Program-made: the position numbers and the translations under genes
Shown here: positions 41,614-52,989 of the stretch, one piece after another
Position numbering within the stretch: position 1 is the stretch's first letter
How the letters are laid out: each line of letters starts with the position of its first letter
Notes under the pieces: model-generated
What the model saw: only the letters and a program-made list of their open reading frames with translations
What the model was told of the DNA's origin: nothing
The model's database searches: none
DNA from: Catajapyx aquilonaris
Lineage: Eukaryota
Reading direction: 5' to 3'
DNA length: 64,000 bases
Assembly: GCA_000934665.2 (NCBI GenBank)
Contig: JYFJ02001119.1
Location: 1-64,000 of the forward strand

Positions 41614-43387
41614 TTACGCAATGCATTCCAGAAGCACAGCTATCCCTTGCCCTCCTCCTATGCAGGCTGATCCAATTCCATACTTTGCCTTACGACGCCT
41701 GAAAATTTTTTTACAAAATTATGTAGATATAAAATTAGTCAAGACATTTTGCAAGGCACGTTAGCGACTAACCGAAGCTCATGTGTGAGATGAGCCGTGA
41801 TTCTCGCTCCAGATGCTCCCACAGGATGGCCCATTGCTACGGCACCTCCGTTGACATTAAGCTTCTCCATATCCAGCTTCAGTTCCTTTTGGCAAGCAAT
41901 AGTCTGCGGTGCAAATGCTTCGTTTATCTGGAATGAATAATTTTCTTGTAAATGGACAATGACCACTACTTTGCCAGAAAAATTCACTCGTGCCCCTTTT
42001 ACCTCAACTAAATCAATGCTATTGAGCTGCATCCCAGAAACTTTGAGCAAATTCTGAATGGCAGGGACAGGACCAATTCCCATGATGGTAGGCTCCACCC
42101 CTGCAACACCATACCCTACAAGACGGGCCAATGGCTTCAAGTTGAACTCCTTGCATGCTTCTTCACTTGCAAGGATCACGCACCCCGCACCGTCATTTAT
42201 TCCCTTTAAAATAATTAATATTAATCCATCGTATAAGAGCAATGTTTACAATATTATTTTACCGATGCAGTTGCAGCTGTGACAGTTCCTCCCTTCTTGA
42301 AGACAGTCGGAAGCTTTGCGACTGATTCAACAGTCGCATCTGGCTTTGGATGCTCATCCATATCCATCATCACATCTTGGCGTTTCACTTTGATCTGGAC
42401 TGGAGCCATCTCCTCCTTAAAGTAGCCTCCATCATGAGCTGGAAATATTCCAATTAATTGGATGTCAACGATTTAAATCTGATGTCACACCTTTCTTCCA
42501 ATTTTGCTGTGAGCGTATGGCAAAAGCATCACACTCTGCCCTGGTGAGACTGTACTTCTCGGCCAGGTTCTCCGCAGTCACGCCCATAGGAGTCTTGCAG
42601 TGAAGGTCAGTCAGAGTGGACCAGAGCATGTCCTCAAGCTTATACTCAACTCCAAGCTTGGTTCCGAATCTCGTCCCACGTATCGCAAATGGCGAGGCGC
42701 TCATGTTGTCCGTACCGCAAGTCACAGCCACTTTCGCTGCTCCAACCAGGATGTCCTACAAAAATAATGATATGATAAAAAATAATAAATAATGTGGACC
42801 TGCGCAAGATCCCAACCTGTGCTCCGGAAACCACTGCTTGAAATCCAGATCCGCACAGTCGATTAACAGTGAGCGCTGGAACTTCCTTTGGAATTCCGCA
42901 TCTCAGGGCAGCATGTCGGGATACGTACGGCGCATCAGGCGACGAAGGCTGCGAAAAATCCGTCACACAACCGTACTCATCGTACGTCAGAAAACAATTG
43001 TACTCACAGCGCAAACCATGCCGGCCACAACTGTGCCAACCATCTCCGGCTTAACATTTCCACTGGCCATTGCGGCCTTGATGGCCACTTCGGCCAAGTC
43101 GACGCACGACTTATCCATCAGCTTTCCGCCAAAGGCCCCGAAAGGCGTGCGCTTGGCCGCAACAATAAAAATTCCTGCAGAAAACAGAGCAAACCATACC
43201 AATTAACAGTTCATCAAAAAATGTGGAAATTACAAAATGTTTGATTGTCGTTTGCGGCATATCCACAAGCGGCTTTAATTATTTCACATCTAGCCTTAAT
43301 TTATTTACACCACAATAAATGTCCAGACTCTCAGTAACTACCCTAGTTATATTATAATGTAAATTAACCTTTGGTTAAGGCTGCCAT
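41614..43387 (-). CDS. ACAA2: 3-ketoacyl-CoA thiolase, mitochondrial (ACAA2 / Drosophila yip2-like), 8 exons
   Basis: [23 protein letters not shown], catalytic [22 protein letters not shown] and the terminal [19 protein letters not shown]. Confidence 0.95.
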
Positions 43388-44233
43388 CCTCTAATTAAAC
43401 AGGGAAAAAAGTGTTCTGAAGCAATGAAAAGTGCAAGGGCCGTGTCCGAATAGAGCGTCTGCTTATTCCTCTCTGGAAGCAATTGGCGTACTGAGCTTGT
43501 GTACTCAACCTCCTTCACTTCTAATGGGTGACTGGACTCTGTACTGTTCCCAATGCACTCGTTTTATCTCGACAGACGTGGCGCATCCGGCTTAAATAGA
43601 CTGGGTCATGAACCGGGAGGTGTAAATTTGGAAGCGCCCCGAGCTGATTAAGCACTTGTCAAGGTCATCTTATGTAAATTAATTTTTTTTTTAAATGAAG
43701 TGTTTGACAGTTGACTCTATGACCTCAAAACCAGTGCATCAATTACTGCACTTTGATTTTTAATAGAAAAGATCTATGGGATTAATTGAGAGGTTATAAT
43801 TATTTTGCAATTAATTTCTTAATTTTGGAACAAATTATTTAAAATTGCAATAAATATTGTGAGCTGCAATTTTCACAATTTTGCTCACATTAATTTTGCC
43901 TTCAAATGTTAACGTATCAAGTACGTTCGCACCTTAAAGTTTGGCACAAAATAATAAATTACAAACAACAAAAAGTCTATTGGCAACTGAATAATTTATT
44001 GGCATTACAGGTACTGGTTTTATTTTTTTGGCACATAACCTTTATTTAAAAGTCTTAAAAAAACCATTATTAAATAAAATATAAATACGCTTTAAGTTTA
44101 ACCAAGTCTTCATAGTAATTATCACAATAATAATACTCGTATTGTCTTCGGGAGTTGAGACAATATTTCTCACGTAATATACTGGAAGTACGTAAATTAT
44201 GGAAGCGACATTTTGAACATTGCAGGCAATCTA

Positions 44234-45635
44234 TTATTCTGAGCTGGGGTTGTATTGTTGGTAGAGCGACAAATGCTGCAGCTTGAGGACCTCGTTGCCC
44301 CAGCTGGTCCAGCCAGGTATTAAGCTCCGGGCAAATAGCTCCAGACATTTGGGGCTCTCCTTCAGGTACCCTCTAAGTACATCTATAAAGATTTCAAAAG
44401 AATTAACAACCATTCGCCAATGGGGCTAATGCACAGTTGATTACCGTTAAGCGGAGGTTTGTGGGAATGTATGCTACTCGGGATGCTAACTATTAATTTC
44501 CCATCTTCCGGTGATACCGCAGCTGTCTTGCTGTTGGGTGTGTAGCGGCCAAACAGGATTTGCTCATATGGCTGTTTTCCAGAGTTGGTTTGGAACGGAC
44601 ACACTGGAATACCCGTCTTGGTCACCTAAATGGAATCAACATTAATATGTGCTGCATCTGCAGTGGCTATAACTTGTGAACATGGTTTATTACCTTGACC
44701 CAATACCACTTGCTGACATAGGTGACTTTCCATCTAGGGAAGAGCGTCTCCTGGACTGCGTTCAAGTGCGAAGGAGAGTTGGTACACCAGACAACAATCA
44801 GGGCACCATCAGCCATCAGCTCTTCAATCGGCATGCTTAACAAATCATCATCGTACAGCATCTGGTACCTGCAAATTCATCGAAACATTGTAACATCTAA
44901 TAGCCGCAATATTAAATCCGAACTTACCCTGCTTCCATCTGCTTGGCCTTCCTCCGCCGAATGTATTTATTCCACCAGGGCGGATCCATCACAATGCAAT
45001 CAAACTTTTCTCCCTTGAGTTTGTCCAGATTTGAGATATCATCGCAGTAGTACCTGGTCTTGGGCGGAACCACATAAGCGTTACCTTCCACCTGCACCAG
45101 AACCGCCTCTAAACCCGGGTTTGAGTCGGCCAACGTGGCTTGAAACATCCGCGCTGGGAAATCCCTATAGAACGCATTCACACTCTCTCGCGCCCTCCGG
45201 TTATTGGCTCGGACATCTTCAGGGGACAAGCATGCCAGGAAGCTGCCTTTGGTGCGACCCTCTTGGACCAGCAGATGCGTCGCCTTCTCCATATCGCAGC
45301 AGTCAACCTAATGTGAGATAATTAATATTTACCTGCAATTCTTTGTACTTATTTATTACTTGTTGCTTCTCCGTGTTGTTGTGTCCAAGCAGGCTAATCC
45401 AGTCCTCCGCTTTGTTCTTATTTCCATCGGCCTTTCTCCTCTTCTTCGGCTTGTCGTCTGGCTCCTGGCCTTCCATCCACGCGGCCACCTTCCCTGCCTG
45501 CAGGTCCTTCATGAACGGTGTGCATATCTCAAAGAACACATCCCTGAACCCCATCCCACCGCAGCTGCAGGACAAGTCGATGGCCTTCTGGTGGTCCAGC
45601 ACGTACCCTTCATCCCTGCTGCAAACCACAGCCAT
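44234..45635 (-). CDS. METTL4: MT-A70 family N6-adenine methyltransferase METTL4, 5 exons
   Basis: Catalytic DPPW (IVMDPPWWNKYIRR), VWCTNS, WYWVKVT, KQPYEQIL, SIPSSIHSHKPPL and LELFARSLIPGWTSWGNEVLKLQ. Confidence 0.92.
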
Positions 45636-46093
45636 CACGTACCTCCGTAACCCTCACATCATTGCAAAACTGCAAATGTACTGTTCACGAAGAAGAAGAA
45701 GAAGCCGGCAACTCGGGCGGGGCCATCGCTGCAAATTCAGATTCTGCAAAAATCGATTCGCTGTTTGCAAAAACAAAAATAACCGCTATTTTAAAGTCGC
45801 TGCGATTTTTCGCAAATTTTAGTTCGCTTCATTGCCACCAGATCGAGCTTGTGTCGTCATCCACCCTGCAGTGAAGGACAATTGTCAGTAATTTTTTTTG
45901 CAATTTAAATACGGCTAAATACGGTTAAATAGGTAAAGTAATTTCAACTTATAATTGCCCACCCCCCCATAGTGATCATAAGCTAGCAGTTGAAACATTA
46001 AAATGCAATTAATGTTGCTAGGGTCAACAATTCATTTTAATTGCTGTTAGGTTTTTTAAATTAATATTTGTAATTAGTAGAGAGAGAGTACCA

Positions 46094-47982
46094 ATGGCCG
46101 GGAAGGTTCATCAGGAGTGGGACACCTTAACGAGCGACTTGCCTGAGAATGTGCGGGACACCTGGTGGTCCACGATCGAGCAGAAGTACGGAGGGATGAG
46201 CAACCGCTCGTATCACGACATGGCTCATCTTGCCTCGAAGTTCACAAGCCTTGCCAAATGCAGCGACAAACTGTCCAACCCGAGGGCGGTCGGATTTGCC
46301 TTGTTTTTCCACTAGTATGTGTCATATTTCTATCATATTTGGAGTCATAAAGTATTGTGTGATTCATATGATTTCCTGATTACATGGGGAGGAATTTTAA
46401 ATTTAAAAAAAAGTTTTGTTCCCAATTTGCAGCTTGGAGTACAATCCAAAGTCGGCAGATAACGAGGCCAAAAGCGTGGCGCAATTCAGATCGTTTTGTG
46501 AAGCAGCCTTAATTGCGGAGGTAGAGCCACAATTTTAAAACCACATCTGCATGTTCATGTACTGTAATTTCTCGTTACATTACGCTGCTATAATTTTACA
46601 TTAGCCTTGCCTCGTTTGTATGTATCAGCAACAACATATAATTTCAGTTGCTTGTTGGCACGTCCGAAATTTATATTCGCTCGCTATCTCTACTTAGCGC
46701 TTCTGTACATGCACGAAATATTGGTTGTATTGCCTTTGCTTTTGCTGAAGTTGCTAGGGGCAGGTAAGTATACGGAGCCCAAGTTTAATGTACTGTACAG
46801 CAAAGTACATGCACACATTTTAAGGTGTGTTTACATGCGAGCGATGTCATCGCCGAGTAACACAAGTTATGATTGTTACTTTCGCTCCAAACAACGGCGA
46901 TGCGATCAAATCGCTCACATGTAAACGCACTGTTTGTTACCCTTGACCATTCACAGTGTGCAGAACTGACTATCATAAACCATAGTTGGAACTTGCGGAA
47001 GAATCATAAGTTTTATGGCGCTTTCCCCGCCTGCTTAAGGCGATGCAGTAATTCACACTTATTTTAATATTTATAGACCCAGTGGCTCATTAAAATTGGG
47101 CAATTTGTTTGATTGTTTCTCAGCAACACCTACGATGGTAGCAATGTAGATATGGTACAAAAAACTGCCAAAGGCCAGTGACTCACCCTGGATACTAGAG
47201 AGGGTGACTCACTTCCCAGTCATTCTCCTATTTATTGTTATTTTATGTAGTTTTCCTAATCCTTCTAGAGATTTTTTGGAAATACTGCATGACGGCACTC
47301 CAGATATATATAAAAAAATGCCATTAAAAATTGTAATAAAGATGTTGGTGTAGAGACAAAGTTAACAATGTTTTGTACTGATGGAATTTGTAGCTCATTG
47401 TGTAGTGGTTGATAGAGCTGCGGGATGCAATTTTTGGGTATTATTATTTTCATTGAAAATTATGGAAACGTGACGTTACTGCGAAATTAGTCCCGGAAAG
47501 GTTTTCTGCACTTTAGAGAGCAAACATTGGCATTCTGATTCAACTCGATAGTTAAGAGCTCTTTTAACTATCGAGTTGAAGGCTCCTTTTTATCACTAAT
47601 GTTTAGTGAGATCTTTTTAATTACCCTTTTGTTTCAGGATTCTCCATTGTCCCAAGAGGTATGTGAGCTCATTGAGCAAGCATCAACACACATCACTGAT
47701 GCTCACAAAAGTGAGGGCAGCTTTGGTTGTGAGGACAAGCACTACTTCCTTGACTTAGACATGGTCGTTTTGGGTTCTCCGCCAGACGAGTATGATATTT
47801 ATTCTGAGAAAATTCGGGCTGAATATGCTTTCCTCCCTGATGAAATGTATCGCGGACTTCGCACAAAGGTCCTGCAGAGTTTTTTGCTCATACCTAATAT
47901 ATTCTCCACGAGAGAGTTCCGCGACGAGTACGAGAATCAAGCTCGTGAAAACATCACTCGCGAGATACAGAAGCTTAAGTAA
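46094..47982 (+). CDS. HD-superfamily predicted metal-dependent phosphohydrolase-like protein (bacterial COG4339-type), 3 coding exons
   Basis: Exons 46094-46314, 46433-46520 and 47638-47982 join in frame: R.YH...HL, ALFFHYLEYNPKSADNE, FLDLDMVVLG...Y...IRAEY, R.KVL..FL, F...YENQARENI.RE. Confidence 0.85.
47539..47580. repeat. Perfect 17-bp inverted repeat with 8-nt spacer
   Basis: ttcaactcgatagttaa-gagctctt-ttaactatcgagttgaa. Confidence 0.9.
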
Positions 47983-48610
47983 AGAGTACAAAACTGCATT
48001 TATTTTCATTCAGATGGTTTTATGTTGTCGATGGCATTCTGCAGATAATTTATTTTGTAATCGTCATTGAAGTCTTATTTTCTGTGATAATATTTTTGCC
48101 ACAATGTTGCAAATCACCCAAAGACAGCTTGCAGCATTTTAAACTCAATGTTTAGTGCACTGAGTAATGTATGTTTGTGACGTACCGTAATAAAAGTGTT
48201 GCACAGGTATTGCTGTGTGATTATTTTGTGATATCCCGCAACTTGTCGGAAATACAGCCGGCAAATTATCACGGCCAACATGTCTTGTGCCTTGCAGCTT
48301 CCCCACCAAAAGGGATTAAAATGTCACTCATGTCGCACCAAAGTGACAATAAATTCCGGCATCGAAACATGGCAGTTTTATCCTCCCACAATTTTAATAT
48401 TTTAACAATGCCAGCCTTGAATGTCCAGGGTCACTCAGAGCACGCCTTGTAATGTTGCCTCACCTCATAATAGCTAGTACGTTTTACCCTTCAGTTCATG
48501 GCCATGTACGTGACTTTTACACATTTTTTAAATCCACAAATTTTGATTCATTGTCAACTCTAGACATTTTTTTTTACAAGCAAATTCTTTGTACTGTTTG
48601 GGGAAGTGGC

Positions 48611-48735
48611 GGGAAATCTCGCACGTGGAATCCGAATAAGGAAAAAAAAAAGGGGGTTACTTCCAGGTTGAGTCATGCTTTCGGGTCAGGTGGATGATTG
48701 GCGGAAGGAATCTTCAAGTTGACGTCATGGAATCC
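48611..48735. promoter_or_regulatory. Putative distal enhancer: kB-like site, E-box, AP-1, CCAAT and CRE sites
   Basis: GGGAAATCTC at 48611, CACGTG at 48622, TGAGTCA at 48669, GATTGG at 48696 and TGACGTCA at 48720, all within ~120 bp. Confidence 0.45.
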
Positions 48736-49014
48736 GGCGGAGAATAAGAAGAATTATTTTTTTTAAGGGGCGTTGGATAGGGGGGGTGGTTGTGTAGTGG
48801 GTTGCACCTCAAGGTTCCCACGACCCTGCCCCCTAAACACTCTTTACACACAAGGCGAGTTTCTTCCCAGATATCTGATAGTACAGCACAATTTGCATTA
48901 AAAAAAAGTCAGGAAATACGTAAAATCCTGCAATGCATAAACAAAGAGTGAAAAAAACTCAATCATATTGGAATTATGATAAGTCTTGTCAATTTTCTGG
49001 CAAGTGCATTGTTT

Positions 49015-49052
49015 TACAGTATACATACCCATTCATACATACCAAGTACAAA

Positions 49053-49083
<31 letters not shown>

Positions 49084-49232
49084 ACATACCAAAGTACATA
49101 CCCATACGTACATATCAAGTACATACATACATACCAAGTACATACCCATACATACATACCAAGTACATACATACATACATACACATACACCCATACATAC
49201 ATACATACCAAGTACATACATTACATTACATT
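49015..49232. repeat. Compound microsatellite (TACA)n / (TAAA)n with interspersed CCAAG units
   Basis: Directly visible. Confidence 0.95.
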
Positions 49233-50102
49233 GAATGTGACACAATTTTTTTTGTGTAAGCAATTAGGAAGTATGAGCCTCAGACGAAAATATTTACTGA
49301 AAACGTACGTACGGTATATAATCTGCGTTGTTTATTGCAGACAAACCTTGTACTTGCGCAATTACTTGCTGATGAAAATGATTATAAGAAATTGTGTAAA
49401 AAAATCACAGTAAGGCAGAACCTGAGTACGTGAATGCCATAAACATGAAAGGAAAAAAAATAGTTGCAAAACTATACCCCTTTGGGCACTATCTGGGTAG
49501 GAATTATCTTTCACGCACACCGATAACTATATAATTTAATTGATAAGAGTGTACCAAAAATAATAAACGGAAAGTGTGGTTAAGTCGTACTGACGTTTGA
49601 CCCCCGCAATTGTGCAAAAATATTTTTAAAAAAATCACTGTACTTGAGAGAGTACACCCAGCTCACAAACATGTGCAAAAACATTCATGACATTGGGATT
49701 CGTCCTTTATATATTCCGGGTTCCAACCTGCAATTTCATAATCAATAAAAACTTGTTGAGTTGACATGACTATCATGACCTGCGCAACATTATTCACCAA
49801 AGTGTATCTTACAAATCGCTTCTGTTTGTTATGCAATTGCTGGTGTGTGCTACGTAAACATTTTTTTTTATATAAAACGATTGCTCGTTGCGGTCTCAGT
49901 GAGTAATCATTACGCCTGTTGACTTCGAAATTATTAGCGCAAAATCGAACACTGATTCACGATCTGGTTCTATGACCTCAAACGCATGTTTAGAAATTAT
50001 TACATCGCTCAAATATTGCAAATGATGCGCAATTTTTGTGTACGTATCGACAGACGGTTATTTTCTGAGAATGCAATTGTTCAACGTGATTTTACACAAG
50101 TA

Positions 50103-50328
50103 TGACCTCCAGATTGACCCTTCCTAAATTTAAGAACTGACCACGATGAAGGTCAAGAGGGTGTGGCACATGGACAAAATTTATGTTACTAGTACACCTT
50201 TGAAGTGTCACATAATGATTCATTCACCCCCACCAAAAACGGGATGTTTGTTGACCCAGGTCATAAAGGCGACCAAGGGTCAGCACGTCTCCATAGGTCA
50301 TCACGCATTACCAGGACACAGAAGGTCA
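50103..50328. promoter_or_regulatory. Homotypic cluster of nuclear-receptor half-sites (RGGTCA)
   Basis: Eight RGGTCA/TGACCY hexamers starting at 50103, 50115, 50150, 50252, 50258, 50277, 50295 and 50323. Confidence 0.6.
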
Positions 50329-51398
50329 TGTCGCCCCCGTTTGATGTCCTGCTTTTCTCCTCCTTTTTTTTTTCAGGGCCCTCTTCTCAGTAAGTACACT
50401 CTGATAAATGGCGCAGTGTGGGTGTGTCTTATCTGTTTTGGACCAGTTTCAGAGAAGCGACGACTTTTAGTCTTGTTAACATTTTTCAGAAACTGTGCCA
50501 GTTGTTTTTTTTTCTACTCTCCGATTTGCTCACTGTTATTTTTTGTTTGGGAAGGTTAGGCAGTTTGGCTATATTTATTATCGTTATTGTCACTTTTTTT
50601 TCTGATGCAATGTGCATATTGTAACTACTATTCCAGACTGCAATAATCCGTCGTTAATTACTGTCCAAATTATGTAATTCTGCAAATACTGTACATTTGT
50701 CTTACATGTGAGAAGTACCTGTTAAACTAGTTGGCAAAGTTTTTTTAAAATCCGGAACTGAATTCACGGAAAAGAGCGCACCTTTTTGCGACGATTTTTT
50801 GTTGCACAATACATCAGTTGTGGGGCATAACCTTTGACCTCCTGATACTGCTGACCATTGAACCTTATGCGCAAAAAAATACGCTAAAAACCAATCGCAA
50901 ATCGATGTACAGTACAACGTTCCTTGTGAATCCATGAATGAAAGAGAAAATACTGCAGTGGAATAATGCACATTTTGATATAAAGATTTTTAAATATAAT
51001 TTCAGTTCATGCAACTATAACCAACTAATTTATATTCCGCTCAAAAAAAAAACGACATTATTCTAAAACACGGCAGGAACCTTTTTTTTAATGGCTTAAA
51101 GTTGCATTGTCTCCTCCGCATGTTTATTCAATAACGTCTCCCAGCTCAATGTGCGGTCCATAACTCATGTAGCAGATAGCCATAAATTATCCGGGGGGCC
51201 CCCTCAAAAAAAAGAAATATCCGGATTTTGATCCGTTTTCCCCGAACCCCTCCCACAACACCGGAAACTCCCACCAGCCGCGTTCCAAGAAAAACTTTCC
51301 AACATTACCTAATTATCATTGACAAATTTTTTTTATCCGCAAAAATTCCGCCCAATTTTTTTTCATACATCGTATTACCAACCCTCGCCTCAAATCCG

Positions 51399-51695
51399 AT
51401 TGGCTGACTAGCATGTATGACGTCATTACGTCATGGGTTTGACGTCATGGATCCTCCCACGTTCCAGCCGTTTATACGAACTAGCTGTAGGGTAGTACGC
51501 ATGCGCTGTGATTCAACCCGGCGGTGATTGGGTAGTTCGTGAATGAACTTGGGAGATGTAAACACCCTGATGACGTACAGTGGCATGAAGTCATCAGCAG
51601 CCAATCAGAAGGCTAGTAGCTGACATCACCATCCGAATCGGGCGAATGAGTCAGCGTTATAAAAGCTCCGGGCGGACGCGGAGGGTGACTCACTC
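51399..51695 (+). promoter_or_regulatory. jun proximal promoter: CRE cluster, CCAAT boxes, TGACATCA, AP-1 sites, TATA box, initiator
   Basis: TGACGTCA at 51418 and 51440, TTACGTCA at 51426, CCAAT at 51601 (plus reverse copies), TGACATCA at 51621, TGAGTCA at 51647, TATAAAA at 51658, and TGACTCA / Inr-like TCACTC at 51686-51695. Confidence 0.8.
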
Positions 51696-52009
51696 TGGTC
51701 TTGGAAATCCGTGGACTCACATCGAAGAGTCGAACTGTGTGGGGAAAAAAAATTATTATACGGGAGGGGTTGTTCCGAGAGAGTATCGATCTTCTTTGGA
51801 TTGTTTGGGTGACTCATCTGAGCGCAAGGAAAAGAAAAAAAGCAGGGAAGACAATCCACCTTCTGTTGCCCATCCTGGTGAGTACCGTATTTGATGCGTA
51901 CCATGTGAGTATCGTATCTGATTGCTCACGTGGTATGGTTCAAAGGTTGATTATGTTGACAAGTGTACTTAATACACTTAATTTAGCAGGATCTGATGGT
52001 GTAGAGTGG

Positions 52010-52989
52010 ATGGCTAAGATGGAACCTACTTTCTACGAGGACACGCTGGGTGTGAGCGGTACGGACATGTCGGCTAATAAGGAGGAGGTGAATATGCTGA
52101 AGCGCCGTATGACTCTGGATCTGAATTCGGCCACTAAGGGACCTGCGATGAAGAAGCAGAGGTTCAATCCCGTGTTGTCCTCGCCGGATTTGAATATGTT
52201 GAAGTTGGCGTCGCCCGAGTTGGAGAAGATGATTATTCAGCATAATGGGATGGTGACAACGACGCCGACTCCGACGCAGTTCTTGTTTCCCAAGCTGGTT
52301 ACCGAGGAGCAGGAGCAGTATGCCAGGGGGTTTGTGGATGCTTTGGCGCAGATGCACCAGACCGACTCGTCGTCATCGAGCAATAGCAGCATATGTAGCA
52401 ACAGCGGTCTGAACATTGGGAACACTACGCCTACAAGGTTGGTATTAATTACAATTAGAATTTCACACCTGCTTCAATCCGATACAAAGGACTAATCAAC
52501 AATTCCTCCCACAGCATAATTCCAGACGCTCCAGTCTACACTACGCTGGAGTCGAACGTTAACGCTGTCACTACCTCTTCTGGACCGATGCCGCCGACCA
52601 CCCTGGTGACCTCCATGACCGGACTTACACCGACTTCAACAACCGCTCCAAGTTACCTCCAGGGAATCAGCATCAAGGACGAGCCACAGACGGTCCCGAA
52701 CCTGTCGTCGTCACCGCCACTGTCCCCGATCAATATGGAGTCTCAGGAACGCATAAAACTGGAGAGGAAGAGGCAGCGCAACCGCATCGCAGCTTCCAAG
52801 TGCAGGCGGCGCAAGCTGGAACGCATTGCCCGGCTGGAGGACCGAGTTAAGCACCTCAAGGGGGAGAACACGGAGCTGTTGGGCGTCAAGAACAAGCTTA
52901 AGGAGGATGTGTGTGTGCTCAAGCAGGAGATGATGGAGCATGTGCAGTATGGGTGTCAGATCCTGGTCAGCACGCAATACGCATGCTAA
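52010..52989 (+). CDS. Jun: Transcription factor Jun (AP-1 subunit), ~300 aa, 2 coding exons
   Basis: [11 protein letters not shown], delta domain [53 protein letters not shown] and b[29 protein letters not shown]. Exons 52010-52437 and 52515-52989; a 5' UTR intron lies at 51878-51989. Confidence 0.97.

Noticed and set aside
45308..45332. Apparent 25-nt micro-intron in METTL4 (CAG|GTAAAT...TTAG)
   Set aside because: An in-frame donor 27 nt upstream (CAA|GTAATA, 45359) gives a 52-nt intron, consistent with other introns here.
49014..49263. ORFs rich in Y/V/C/M
   Set aside because: They are translations of the (TACA)n microsatellite.
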